From assembly GCA_050575255.1 (NCBI GenBank), contig JBNZDD010013718.1, forward strand, positions 2,720,113-2,784,112: DNA of 64,000 bases, in the 5' to 3' direction. This document shows, one piece after another, positions 1 through 57,319 of the stretch (the first letter of the stretch is position 1; each line of letters begins with the position of its first letter). The notes under the pieces were generated by a model, which saw only the letters and a program-made list of their open reading frames with translations, made no database searches and was not told where the DNA came from. Origin of the DNA: Harriotta raleighana. Taxonomy: Eukaryota. The position numbers and the translations under genes were made by a program.

Positions 1-3000
1 TGTGCTCAGTGTACCACAAGCAGGACTTTCAATAGAAACAAAACCAACATCTAATTATTTTCAAACAATCTTTACTTTTCTGGTTGCTTATGATTTGGTA
101 ATGCTAGATTTTATTCCGAGTCATATATAATGTTTGGAAGAGGACAGGCAGGTTTCTTGTGGCTATGGGGTCAAAATGCTGTCATCTGCAAAATGTACAT
201 GAAATGGTGAAATTTTTTGAGGCTCGCTAATGTTTCAGTTGACCGTATGCTTGTAAGGCAAAATAAAATAGCATTTTGCCACTGAAAGACTTAACCATTT
301 CAGGAATGATAATCCTTGCATTTAGTATAATGCTTTTTATCACATTGAAACGTCTCAAATTAATTCAGTTTTCTGTAGAAAGTGCATTTGGTCTGCAGCC
401 AGCAAACAAGCAACTATGACATGAATGACCATTTTATTTTTCTTGCTAGAGGAATTGTTAGTCAAGACATTTGGGGGGAAAATAAATCTCCCCTCATTTT
501 GGTTAATTCTGTTTCTTAGCTATTCACCATATTCCTTTATCTTTTATTTTTCCAGAAATATTGTTTTTTTTAAACTTTAAAAAAAAACTGTCTGCATGAA
601 TGGCCTTTCTCTGCTATGGAAATGATAAAAATAACATATGACAGTGGACTCAATTAAGGAGGTCCAAGGTTGCAGTCAATTTTTTTCCTCCTCCCTTCCA
701 ACTCTTCCTGTTCCTGATAGTTTACAGGCAACTTAACTGCTTTAAGATCCCCGTAAATAATTCCCTGATCTATGGCAAGGAAATAACATTTTTGGGGTGC
801 GTACTTATCCTCCACCTGAATCTGTGATTTAGATGTCCAGGATAAGTAAGTTCAAGAACTTAACATGATTGAAATCAAACTAGGTTTCCTTCTACTGTGA
901 CATAGCAATGTTATGTGCCGAAAGGCTGGTCAAACTGCTTCCCTCCACCTCCCAGCTCTATAATCCGTAAAAATGATATGCTCTGTTTCTAGAAAGCAAT
1001 CACAAAAATATTACTTGTGCAACTTGCAGATGTTTCTCAAGTAAGTAGAGTATGCAGCCCTCAGCAGTCAAAAAGGAGTTGCGTCACCTGTATTCAATAA
1101 CACTAGAATCAACTGTGAGAAGGTGCTGCTTGGAACCACCCCCCCACACACACATACATATTTTTTTTTAATCTTAATTTTGTTTAAGGGAAATTACCTA
1201 ATTAGTTTACAATATTTTCATGGTGCCCTTTAGACTTCATCATTGGCCTGTAGTCTGCAGTTGTTGGATAATGTGTTGGGTAATCTGATAGATTTTCAAG
1301 GTGAAACAAATTTGATTGCATCTGAATGTTGAATCAAATGAAATGAACGATTGGATGAGAGATTAGACAATCTGTAGCCTAAGTTATTAAGCAATAACCT
1401 GGCTAGTCAAAGTTAAATTGCAGATAAATTGTGTACTGCTGGTCCAATGTGAGATCCCTAGCTCTGTAATAATATTTGTTTTGGTGTATTACCTCTATAT
1501 GTTTACAGATCTTGTACAATATGCATAATAACTTAGTGATATAATAACATAGTGTTGAAGCACACGCCCATGTTTGCGTGGTAGAGAGACTGATCTCATT
1601 AGCGTTCAGCTGATAATGCGGAGGGAGTTACTGGGGGAGGGATAAAGCGGAGAGATGAACATTTGAGAAAACCTACACCTGCTGACTCAGAGGGCCATGA
1701 TGACAGCACTGTGGAAGAATCTGCAGATGGTTAAAGGCTCGTGCCTGCAAAAATTATTTCTGTGGTGACATGGCTCAGAAGGGGAAGAAGTACATCAGAC
1801 AAGGAATACTGAATGCTTATTTAAAAATAAAGTCCAAGTGTGTTTCAATGCAAAAATAGCTCTTTGATTGTCAGTTATTCTAAGAAGCTGAGTAATAAGA
1901 AGCATATTTTTAGTCTAAAGGCAATTATAAATACCCAGCTTTGCCCAACGTGAAGGCTGCCACTTTGACGACTACACTGTTTACAATAATAACGATTTGT
2001 TTTGCTGATGATGAACTTCAATGATACACTACAGCTTGGAAGTGATGTTAAAAGATGATCATTCAAATAAATGTGAGAATTTAGGTTTTCATATAATGTT
2101 GATTTTGTTTTCCAGCTGATTATAATGCAGCATGTCATTTTAAAAAGACTACTTTGCTCAATGATGTGTTTCATGTGTTTGTTTTAAAAGTTTGCTTGTT
2201 TAACTGTTGGTTTGATATAGTATTTTGCATGTCTGCTTTGACCATTTATTGCAGGACTGTTGAAACAATCTAACTAATCTGGTAAGGACTTTTTCATCAC
2301 AGTGTTTCATTGTGGCTTGTTAGGCAGCCACTCAAGAGAAAAGGGTGAAATACAGTAAGAATAAATATATGTTTCAATTTTCTGAACGGGTTGTATTCGA
2401 GGATTCAATCAATAATGTTGTTTCTGTTCCATCTGTTTTCCAGTCGTCAGAATAGATGTTACGTCATTCTATAATGAGTGGACAGTTTCATGAAATAATG
2501 GTAGAAACATGGTTGCTACAAACATGGCAATAAACTTGTTGTTGACCCCTGTAGAAATCCCGGGCATGAATAACCTTTTGAGACGTGCAAAAGGTTAATT
2601 ATAACTCCAGAATGTGACAGATGAGGGCATCTGGATGGAATGTGACAAATTGCCATCTGTGATGAGTTGCAAAGGGACCTTTCAGCTTTCAACTTGGTAA
2701 CATCTCCTTATTTACTTCCTAGGCTCTAGAACGCCCCCCCAAGGATTTATTTAGCTCATTGGCCACCTTATCAGAAGACACACTTCTCCCTCATCAGCCT
2801 GAGTGAAAGAAGCCTCTACGACTATGTCCTTTTCCCCACATTGGAAACATTTAACTGGTGAACATGGTTTAGTTGGTTAACACGCTGATTATTGTGCCCC
2901 AGACATGTGAAGGAAACTTGATAATGCCGCATAAATCAGATGGTTTTATTTACCATTCTGCTCAACTCACTTTTGTTCCCTTTCCAGAACAAATCCCAAA

Positions 3001-5734
3001 TTGACCTTTTTTCTGATTATTGCTGACAGCAAGGAATTAATTTGTGCAAAATCTAATGTAATCATCTGTAATGTAATCTTGCTGTGGAAAATGGTCCAAT
3101 CGATGTAATCATGTCGTAACATTATGGGGGTCAGGTGATGAGCTTTGCTAAGGCAATTCATTTTTTTTCCTGCCACAAAGGGATGACCGATTATTCCTTA
3201 ATGTTTTTTTTAAAATGTATGGATACAACAGGTTGCCTTTGGAGGGGAAGTGAAGGGAAGAAACAAGTGTGTATTTTGAAAAGAGATCACACTTGGGTTG
3301 ATTGTTGGCAATTAATTCTTACATGTAAGTTGATCTTCAAGCTGTGTGCGTGTGACGTTAGCCAGGAACATTCCCTCCATGTCTTAGATTCTGTTGTGGA
3401 AACATGACCCTGGCCCAGTAAGGTTTCATTTCTGATGCTCTTGGTGTCATTGGGGGGGAAAAATGGGATATAATTATCCAGACAGGATAGTTTTTTTGTT
3501 TCCAAATGAATTGCCGATCATTAACTTGCAACAGAGTTTTGATCAACAGCTCCTCCAGTCTGGTGTTTTTGATGGCTGCTTCTATTCTTTAATCTCTGAG
3601 TACATGATTTTTCATGTAGATTATTGGTTGCTATGTTCAGCAGAAATATGAATGTCACCAACTCAATGAAAAAAATATAAAATGGAGCATTCCACAGTAC
3701 TGTAGTTTATTTTGCAGACGACATTTCTGATAACGTAAGAATGTTAATCATGCAAATGCCTAGGCATTTAGGACTCGTTTGTTTTGGAAGACTCTTTGTG
3801 AGATTATTATGCTGACGAGATAAGAGAGAAATTCACAGAGCACCTATTTATGTATAATGGAAAACACTGGGACATGTAGTTGTTATATGCTTGGCACAGG
3901 AAAGTGTTGGCTGTTGAAATTAATCTGACACTTAGCTGATCATGCAAAGGCTGCCTTGCTTTCTTTTACTTTTTGTCTCCATGGTAACTAATGAGCTGTA
4001 ATTAGCAATATATGTGAGCTGGGGACAAAATACTGGTGCAAAATCTTGTTTCGAAACAGAGACTGAAACTGCTGTGATATCTAGTTGTTTTGCAAAGTGG
4101 TACATGTTTTTTTTGGAACAATCTACAATTGTTGCTTATTTAGCAATGAATGAATATGTGTCTGTCAGTTGTGTCCACGCTAAGTTAACTGAGTATCTAT
4201 CTTAAACATTGTACCTAAATTTTATGGGCGGGAGGGGTGGTTAAGGAATGTTGATTGAACTTGAACTGAAATACTTAGTAGCTCGTTTCCAGTTATAACA
4301 GTTTTGACATCAGAACAAAACACAGATTTATGAGGAAGTTTCAATGCTGTTAAAAAGGTTCTCAAAAAGGGTGCATAGGCGGTTCAGAACCAAGCCTTAG
4401 CTTAGAGGCAGTAGTTCTGATAAATTCGCTTTGGGAGAGCTAAAATTTGGTTACTCATCAAATTGTGCCTTTAAAAAGCTGTAAAGCTTCTAGCCTCAGC
4501 CTGTAATTCACAGCTAATGAACTCTTTGGAGTCAAACTTAGTTTCTGTGTAACATATAAGTGGTGTTAGTGTTGGACATATCTGACTCAATATGCCACTG
4601 GCAGCAGATTTTATTCTATACGAAATACACAAATTATACATGAACAATTAATGAAAATCAATAAGTTTACCTGTTTCTTAATTTATTGGTAATCTCGTGA
4701 TTTGATATTTTGAATCACCCCATTTGATCTGTAAATATGCTATTGTGGAACTCATATGATGATGTTTTATAGGGGAATATGTGTGGAGGTGAAGAACAGC
4801 ATTTCTTACCATGATCAAAACATCAAATTTTTCACTTTGCAAAGATAAAGGCTAATAAGACCGCTGAGTTTCCCAAAAGCAACAGTGTGAGTGTTCTTTG
4901 CATCTTGAACTCTTGCATTGGCTTTGGTGAATGGGAGAAGAGAATTCTGCCCTAGTTCCTCATTTTCCTCCCTCTCAACCACAAACTCAAACTAAGATTC
5001 ACTTCCTCTGCACATCAGCAAAGAGTTTTGCATCATTATTTCTGAAGCATTGGGTAATCTTAACGAATCATAAGCAAGTTCAGGGTTTGGTCACTTACTG
5101 GTGGCATTAATCATTTCTTATGATGGTTACGAGAACTCAATAACACTGTTGAATAATTTGGGAGGAATGACAAATCTTAGTTTCAAAATCTTGATCTAAT
5201 TTATCTACTTGAAGTGTTAGGTTATCAAGATTAAAAGTATTTTCAGTCTGAATAAGACCTTAACTAAAAAGATTTGTGATCGCAAGAATCTGTCATTTGT
5301 TTCTGAGTTTAGTAAGGAAATTAAATTTAGGGCCACAGAAAATGAATGTACATACCGCAGTGTTTTATGGCTTGCTATTTTTGCAACCTAATTATAGTGT
5401 TTGAAATTTGAATTAAGTGGTCGATTAAATCACAGCCGATTCAGAGAACGGTTGGTGAACCTTCATTGTGTACTATTCTCTGCTAAAATTAAATGCGGTT
5501 TTACAGAAAACATTGACGCACACAGTTTTGATATTCATTACAATAAAATTGCATGTGGCACTTGCACTAGGTTTTTTTTTTCAGTTGTCTGCATGTGGTT
5601 GCTTCTACTGCTAAATACTGGGACACAGGCAATTCCGTCAGGTTTGCTTTTGCTTTATCCATAAGAAAGCCTTTAAGTAGTCTTTAGGCCTTAAAAGCCC
5701 TTGAGTGTACAAGATGTTTAAGAATTCAATATCC

Positions 5735-6157
5735 TCATCCTCACTTTCAAGGCCATTCATGGGCCTTGGCCCCTTCTATCTCTCCGACCTGCTGACTCCC
5801 CATAAATCTGCCCGCCCCTTCCATTCTGCGGGCTCCAGTCTGCTTCATGTCCGTCCCCCTGTGTCCCTCCCGCCGACACGCCCTACCATCGGTGGACTGG
5901 CTTTCAGCCTCTCTGCCCCCACACTCTGGAACTCCATCCCACAGTCATTGCGGGACTGCTTCCTCCCATGCCTCCTTCAAGGCTGATCTCAAGAGCCTCC
6001 TCTTCGATCATGCCTTCTGCTGTCTTCTCAACTCTCTCCCTCCCCTCATCCCTGCCCTGCCTCTCCCCCTTGCTTGGGTCCAGACCTGACTGTTCAGCGC
6101 CTTGGGACATCCTCCCGATGTGAAAGGCGCTTTGTAAATGTAATTTTGTTGTTGTTA
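5735..6157 (+). mobile_element. L2-clade LINE, 5'-truncated 3' end
   Basis: Translates to L2 ORF2 C-terminal motifs (GLGPFYLSDLLTP...GGLAFSLSAPTLWNSIP), then tail cagcgccttgggacatcctcccgatgtgaaaggcgctttgtaaatgtaattt(tgt)n. Confidence 0.85.
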
Positions 6158-7269
6158 AAACCCACATGCAGATCCTGTATTCAGCGCAAGATTTTTTATA
6201 TAATTCTACATAAGTCTACATAGCAGTATTGAGACCTCAATCATATTAACCAATAGTAATGATTAAATTCTTTACAAACCTATTAGCTAACCAAAGATGT
6301 AGATCATTTCAATCCTTCAGTTTAAAAAAAATTAGCTCTTTTACCCTGGTTTCTATTCAAAACAGGAAACCATGTTAAATCATGTTTTTGCTCTTCATAA
6401 TCGAATACATTGAGAAAAGATGCATTGAGAATACATGGTTTATCAATTTGTTTTAATGATTGAGGAAAATGCAAAATGACTTTTTTTGAAAGATGAGGCT
6501 CATGACATTTTATCACTTGTAATTTTTACACACTTTGCACTGATCTCACCATAAAAGTAACATTTTACGCCAAGTTGGCTCAGTAGACTTTAATTTTTTT
6601 GTGTTACAAATTTTGATAAGTTTTCCAATATTGCCTCGACAGCTAAGTGGGATTTTGTTCCATCTACATTGAATGGCTTCAGAATGATCTCATGAAGGTC
6701 ACAACAGATTGAACCTTATTGTGACCATTTATGGGGCAGGTGGTGGGCTGGGGAAGAGACCTTAGTTAGTTCAGGTCAATTATTTTTGAGAAAATTACTT
6801 CTACTGTAGTTGGCAACATTGCAGCATCTATAGAATATCATACTTGTTTTCATTAAATGTTAGGAATTCAGTCAACTAAGTGGAACAATTAAGTTAAAAA
6901 AAATACATTCTCGACTTCTCCGTGATAAAATAATTATATTTGCTTTTTTAAAAAATATGCTGTATTTATTGTCATTTTCATTCATAGCTTGTTCACTGTG
7001 TGTTTAAAATGTAGTACCCAGTGCTTCTAAAGGTCTCTCCTAGGGTGTGATTTTGAACATGATTGAAATGATTATAAGCAAAACAGGAAAGGGACCTCAG
7101 CTTGCTTGTAGACTGTGATAGAAAGTGTTGCTCTGAGCTCCTGCCAGGAAGGATTGCTGCCATGGATACTGACAAGATTCTGCTTTGCCTCCAAGCCATT
7201 GTGGGGGTGGGTGAAGAAACCTGGTACCTCATTTGTACATTAGCCTTTTAACTATATGTTCACTTGTGA

Positions 7270-7411
7270 CCAAATGCATCTCGGCATCATTGCATTCTTT
7301 TCGCCCTCAAATACAGTCAATTAACTTTACAGTATATTCTGTGAAGGGCTTTGAGGTGTCTCGAAGACTTGATAAGGCGCTATACCAAATGCAAGGATTA
7401 TTATAATTATT
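7270..7411 (+). mobile_element. SINE/L2-type 3' tail fragment (family ending aaatgcaaggattattat)
   Basis: tgtgaagggctttgaggtgtctcgaagacttgataaggcgctataccaaatgcaaggattatt, shared with copies at 39700, 44470 and 62340. Confidence 0.75.
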
Positions 7412-8352
7412 CTCATCAACCTACTGTCACCTAAAGCCAATCCAATTGTACCTGATAAAGCTATCAGTAATTTGTTATCTGTAATGTTTGAAGGGTGCAA
7501 TTTGAGACCTTCTGATACAGACTTGTATTGAAATTGAATTTACAAAGATGAGTGATTTTTACAATTGAGCCGACAGAAAACATTTGCCAGTTATTAAGTT
7601 GCAAACGTGATGCACGTAACAAATCAGTGTATTGTATTTGTCCTGTAACCTGGCAGGTCAATCTTTTATTCTGTTCATATCACATTTTTGAACCATTTTC
7701 TTTGTCATGTTCATTATAATTGAATGAAGTATACTCCATTCATTTGCAATTTGCTGAACGGATTGGGTAACAAAATACAGGGAGTTCCAATGGTGCTTGG
7801 AGATTTCAACCAGAGATCGTGTTACTTAATGTGAAAATCAGTTATGTGCTGGAATAAGACAGTGTAATATTACGTTTTTAGTGGCCATGATGGGTGCAGT
7901 GGGGGTGAGGTGGCATTAAACAGTATCATCTCATTCACAGGTTTACAATGTGCTTTTAATTTTGGGATGAAACTAGTGATCAGGGTATGTGTCTGGCTTG
8001 CATTCGACTGCATAAGTGCGAATCTATCAGAGTGAGTGGGGTCGCAGTAGCTGATAATGGGATTAATTCACCTTAATTGACACAGTGAGCTCTAGGTGTT
8101 GCTGAGCAATCACGATGGGAATGCTCTTTGTTTTCTGAGGGTCTGGCAGGGAGCACACACAGTACGGCCGCCACAGGCTTTTCAAAATATTCAAACAATC
8201 AATTGAAAAGTGGGATTTGAAGCATGAACCGCAATAGCAAAAGTCAAGAATGGCTAAATCTTCACAGCAAAAAGGTTAAAGGAATATTCAGATGAATTGT
8301 ATCTCAGCAACAAAATCCCATCTGTTCAGAAAGAATGCAGCAGATTTTTTTA

Positions 8353-8392
8353 TACACATATATACACACCCGCGCACACACACACACATACA
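8353..8392. repeat. Imperfect (CA/TA)n microsatellite
   Basis: tacacatatatacacacccgcgcacacacacacacataca. Confidence 0.7.
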
Positions 8393-9600
8393 CGAGTTGC
8401 AGAGCAAAATGTAATTAGGTTATAGAAAGGCAGGACAGATTTCCTGGTAGAATCGGAGCTGATGTATAGTACATAGAGCGGAGAGGGTAAAGGATAATGA
8501 TGGTTGAACATCGCGATTTTGTTTTTTGGAATATACCAGATGACTGTAAGTAGTCCCTCTTCCATTTGAAGAGCATGCAGGACAAAGCCGAATGTAAATA
8601 AATCTTTCAAAGCAAGTTGGTGTGAAAACATCCGTAATGCAGAAGTGACTAAAATCGGCAATTGTCATGAGGTTTGGATCACATTGAGCTGGATGTGAAA
8701 CTGGTCAAGAACAGCTGGCCAGTTTCCGTTGTGTTGGAACGCAGAGAAATTGGTTGAAGGTAATGGAATCTTTGCCTTTTAAAATTTTTTTTACATATCA
8801 TCCAGAGAAATGGGCCCATGGGGAAATGGTGACAATTTAATGTATCTCTCAACAATTGATTTGCAGCAGCAAACGTACGAGAGGAAGTTAACCAATACTA
8901 TGCCAACTAACGGAAAGTTGTTACATGTATTCTGGTGTTACTGAGGAGGTCCAGCCAAAGGGGTTCATGTCATCACCTCATTATCAAAAAAATTGCTAGA
9001 AAAGTGTCAACAATATGTGCTATAGAAATTATATTGATAATCTGTGATGATGAAGGAATTGTGGGATTGTTGATAGAAGTTGTGAGAGAAGCATAAACGC
9101 AATGAGGATTAGCCCGTGATGCAGCAAAGCCCAATGCTATGTACATTTAGAAACTATTAAGTGACAGGACTATTTACTGTCAGTAACAAAAGAGTTAGAG
9201 CAAGTGAACAACTTTTTTCTTTCTTGGGCGATTTATCTGGAGCAGATGGGGTTGAGCCACAGAAATTTTAATAAGATATACAGCGTAGAATTTATTCTAT
9301 TATTGATGGGTTGGTTGGCTGAGGGAGATATGGAAGCAATCATGAGAAAATAACATTGGTCAGGTACAGTCTATACTTCAGCCTCTTGTGTGGATTATAT
9401 AATGGGGAAGAAAATATAAATTTTGAGCTAGGGGATACACAGCAGTGTCTTGGACACTACCAGGTGGCATAAACTATGAGAGGGGAAACGAGAAACAAAC
9501 TTGTAACTTAATAAATAATTATGGACTGCTTGGAGCAGGTAAACAATATGATGATTCCTATTGGAAGATAGAACAATTTAGAACTTACTAAGAGATGAGA
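8390..9600 (+). mobile_element. Ancient, heavily decayed RTE-clade LINE reverse transcriptase remnant
   Basis: Collinear degenerate motifs by hand translation: NIPDDCK*SLF...DKAECK (8530), QEQLASFRCVGT (8706), GLARDAAKPNAM (9106), ELEQVNNF/FLG (9192), ADG...DIQRRI (9275). These match the order of RTE ORF2 motifs WPDDWKxSxF..KGDxxEC, EEQAGFRxGRGT, GLxINxxKTKVM, LEQVxxFxYLG, DG..EIxRRI. Confidence 0.55.
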
Positions 9601-11296
9601 TTAGAACAAAAAAATCTTTTCAGAAGGCTTAACTTTATAGGTCTAAACCCCGAATTGGGTTCAAATGAGGCACAGGTGGAGTGGAAGGGAGTTTTATCTC
9701 AATTGGGTGCATTTACAGGAAGTGGTAGTGTATCTCTGAATTCAAATAGTCATCTCCATCAACATTTCAAATGAAGTGTGACAGGAAATCTTGTAGTTCT
9801 CTGCAGCTGGCGATTGATTAGCTGTGTTTTCAACATCTTGTGGTGGTGCACTTGCACAGAAATTGGTCTGAATCTTTTAATGGACAGCCCTGGTGCAATA
9901 TGCTATATTAAAAAATAATCTTTTTCTATTGTAATATTGTTGTTGGTTGCTTTCTTTTTTTGTGGGTCAGTTCATTGTTTTTCATAGGATGCTGCAGATG
10001 GAATTTATTTTTCCCATGTGGTGTTGGCTTGATATTAGTATCTTGGAAAGCAGTTGTATAGAGCAGCCATAAAAGTAATTCTAGTCAAAGTTATTGTGCC
10101 AGACCCACAGCATTGACTTTTGAAACCAATTGCTGGTAAGTGTGTGGTGATTGTGTTTTTGACTATACTGATGTCAAAGGAGGAGAAACATTCAACGTTA
10201 GTTAATCTTGAATCTTCTAATTTCTTGCGATTGAATATTGATTTGCATTTGAGGGGCATCTGACCAATTTTCCTCTTGGTGAGAGGATGATACAATGCAT
10301 TTTAAAGCCTTCAAGGCACATCATTTGGAGTGTTCCTTCGCAATAGCAAACCTGGCAATGCATAAACCGGTTACTTTTATTAATGCTATTGCCTTGCTTG
10401 TTGTGCCGGTTGAGAGGTGGTGACTATGCCTTTGTGTTGCTACAAATGTACAAAGATTTTCTTGAGTTTTATCTTCGGGGGTTCCAGAGACAATCTGTGC
10501 AATGCTGGAGGTACTTAAGGCTAACAATTAGTAGTTTGCCAAGCATAAAAACCTATCACTGATAACATATAGAATCACATTGGCCTGAAGAGCAGTACAT
10601 TACTGAAGGTGAAGGGAGGGGGCTTTTTATTAGTGTTATTTAATCAGTGAATTGAATAGTTATTTTCTTGAGAATCCAACATAAAGCTGCTGGTAATCTT
10701 GAAGCTAAAGTGCAAGGAGGAGGCCTGTCATTTCCTCAAGCCAAATTGACATCATATGCAGTGGCTGTTTCCCTTGTGTGCACTGAATGGATTGTGAAGT
10801 GTGCAGTGGTTAATCGGCTCATGTTGTCACTATGGATTAAATGAGAATGGGATGAAGAAAGAGCCACCCTGATTCAAGCACGTGGCTTGAAGGTCAGCCC
10901 ATTTGTGTAAGCTGGATGTAAAAACATAGGTCAGTTTGAAAGACTTGGTTACGAAGCACGCAAGACTTCCAAAAGTCAAAAGATAGCTTATCCTTTACTT
11001 TTCATCCAGTATGTTGTGTATAGGCTAATCTATCATCTTTCTGAAAAATAAGAGCTGTTGAGATGGATTAAAATAAGATCAAGTATTCTCTCTCTCTCTC
11101 TGTTTGTTAAATGTATGTAAAAACTGAAATGCTTCATACTATTTTCTGCACCTCAGCGTCTTTATGCTTTAATTTTTGGGAGACTAATTGTTCTGGATAG
11201 GAAAAACATAAGCGATTGAATGCTAACAGACCATTTGATGTTACTGTGCTTTGTATGAAAGTAAAAGCGAAGTACTGAATAGTCTGTGGGTACACT

Positions 11297-11400
11297 AACA
11301 ATAATAATAATCTTCGCATTTGATTTAGTACCTTATCATGTCTTTGAGACATCTCAGAATATACTGTGAAGTGAATTGACTGTATATTTTATGGGCGAAG
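11297..11400 (-). mobile_element. SINE/L2-type 3' tail fragment
   Basis: Reverse complement of the aaatgcaaggattattatt tail family. Confidence 0.7.
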
Positions 11401-12673
11401 CCCCTTGAGTGCTTCCTGAATCTGCCATTTTGCAAGCTCTCCTTACTTCCCCTTCCTTCACCCAACACAAACGCACGCATTGGCAGAGCCTCAAAGAGAA
11501 TTGAAGCTGAAACATAATCTCCTATTAGGTATTACTGCCTCTGCCTCTGCTGAAACTCTGAGCTGAAGATTGGAGAGGACAACTGCAGAGTCTGAAGAGG
11601 CTTTGGCCATCTTGCACCTCAGTTATTCTTTGTAGCAAAATATTCTTCTCCTAGAATCCTGCTCTGCCAGGAATTTTCAGCTTTCAAATCACCCTAGGGC
11701 TCTTTCAGAAAGTCTATGCTAAATTGATGTGTTTAGACAGTTTTCTAACCTAAGGTTACTAAAGCTGTGGAGTGCCTCTAGTCCAGTTTCCAGCCTGACC
11801 CATTACCAATGTTAGCTTGGACCACTGTTGAAACTAAATGGATTTGTTCCCTGAAACTAGTATTGTTGATAAAGGCACCACCCATGAATATGTACAAGCT
11901 TTCAGCTAGAAATGATGGTACCCTGAGGAACGAATTAGATATAGGTGGGTGTCAACATTTCCATGTATTGTATGTCTCATTATGCTCTCTCTATCAGTGG
12001 TGAGACTGAACTATTTACCATGAGCACAACTGAAAGAATACACTTAACATTTAAAAAGAAGGATTGATTCGATCCTACCTTAAGGATTTGAGATTAGATG
12101 ATTATTTCCTCTCTCTTCCCACTGCACCCCCTTCCCTCCCTCAATATATGTACATCGATTTACAACAAAGACAGGTAATGCAATGCCAATTGATTCCTTC
12201 ACAAATAACTGGCTAGGTAACCACCCGGGAACAAGAATATATGGATGGGAAAGAGTGCTCGCTGAGATGAATAAATACTCCACAGGTTACTGTGATTTCT
12301 GTGCCCCGAGGATGAATGGATATTCTAGAATATTTTCACTACGTTTTTATAAGATAAAATTTAACTGTGCAGTCAAGCTTCCCCCCTCCCTTCTTTCTCC
12401 CCCTCCTCTGAAGTTTGAGTGACTGAGGAATCCCTGGAAAAGATATTGCATGCTCTATGAAAGGAATGGGGGTCGATGGACGTAATGGCCTTTTCCTATA
12501 CCTTACCTGTTACCAGTTACCTGTGTTACACACTATCACAAATGTAGTTTGTGAATTCTTCAGATTTGAGAACCTTTATGACCTTAGCAATACCAGGTGT
12601 CCCCTTTGGACTGCTTTCAGTGTTGACAATCCATCTATATCTCCAGGGACTTCATATGTAATTCTGTTTGAAC

Positions 12674-12694
12674 GACTGACTGACTGACTGACTG
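12674..12694. repeat. (GACT)5 microsatellite
   Basis: gactgactgactgactgactg. Confidence 0.85.
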
Positions 12695-14072
12695 GGAAGA
12701 ACATCTTCCCAAGAGGCACACAGTTTAATCACTCAGGCACTCAGGGTCCCTTGTCAGTCTGGAGAAATCTCAAGAACACTCCCTTCTGAGGACCTGAACT
12801 TCACAGTGGCCAAGTTTCAGGCTATTCTGGCAAAGGTTTGTTCACCGAAGAGTTCATTTGATGTCTACAGTAGTTTGTGCCACTTGTTCCTGGCAACCAT
12901 GTCATACAACAGAACATGTCACTCTTTTAAGAACTGTTTATTTTGCAGATAACATGTTGAAGCTTTTTAAACCCTGCCATTAGACAAACGAATAAGGTGA
13001 ATTTTGATTCTATCAAAGCTTTCCTGAGTTGAATGCTCAGTACCTTTACCTGCTTAAAACTAGGTCCTGTTGGAACACTTAGACAACCCTGGTGGAGTGC
13101 ATTAGGCTACATGCAATTGTTAGGTACTTTTACTTGAAAATATCAGTTCCTGTAGTGACTTCTGGTTAGATTCCGGAACATGCTGCATTGGGACAATGAC
13201 CCAATGTATATGACTTAAAATCATCATTTTTTGTGTGTATCTATACACACATACACAAAATTATAACTGCTGGAGGGTTTGCATAAAAATGTATGTAAAA
13301 GGGATTATTTATGTAATGGTACTCTTGAGCTGGAAATCCATTTTAAAAGCAGTTAATCACACTGACAAAACCCAATCTTTATGGTTGAGTGGGTTTCTTT
13401 TATCCATTCAATTGGAGAACATGGTGTATGCACTATCCTCACTGTGCAGGCTTTTAAATTTTTTTTTAGTATCTTGATAGGTTGCTCAAGATGTTGCCTC
13501 GGAGTTAAAATAAAGTGGGGAAGGGAATCGGATTAAATCCTAAGGAATGCAAAGTACTGCAATGGCACAAGACTACGAAGAGGCAAGACATTGGGCTGGG
13601 AGTGAGAGGATAAGGAATAATCAATCTGGAGTGGAAACCTGGACTGATTTTTGTTTCCCCAGTTATTTATTGAAGTCAATTGTTATGACCTTACAACCAG
13701 TCTAACTAAGATCAAAGTTGGTGTTTTTTTGGACAGATTGTTTTAACAGTACTAAAGTAAACATTGCTTTCTCCCAAATGGCACATGGGGTACAGTGCAA
13801 AGTGACAGACATGTACTTCAATAGTCAACAGTCTACAACCACCAAGGAGTCAACATTGACAACCCAAATCCCATTTTCCTTTAAAAAATGTTTTTGAACA
13901 GAAAAAGAATTGCTCTTGTTAATTTAGGAATAATTGCTCCTGTTAACTTCGAACAGAAAAACTCATGTTTTTAATTATTGTTTATTTTGTTGCCTTGACC
14001 TAAATATTGCCAAATTATATACTTCATAGTTTCGGTATTATTTAACAAGCCATCAATTCTTGTTTTTTGCAG

Positions 14073-14209
14073 GATTTGAAGGCAACCATAAACTGAGCTG
14101 ATTCAGAGGAGGAAAATCTGAGAAGTCTGTACCATGCAGTAGAACATTCATAACTGACAGAGCTAGGATTGCACACTGATATATTGGAGATAGGAAGGAG
14201 AAGGTGAAG
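14073..14209 (+). other. MEF2A: 5' UTR part of the ATG-containing MEF2A exon
   Basis: Acceptor ttcttgttttttgcag ends at 14072; 137 nt precede the ATG at 14210. Confidence 0.8.

Positions 14210-57319
<43,110 letters not shown>

Noticed and set aside
1600-1735. Coding-looking GA-rich stretch considered as an upstream gene exon (LRRC28 in mammals)
   Set aside because: Short open frame with no similarity I can recognise and no convincing splice sites.
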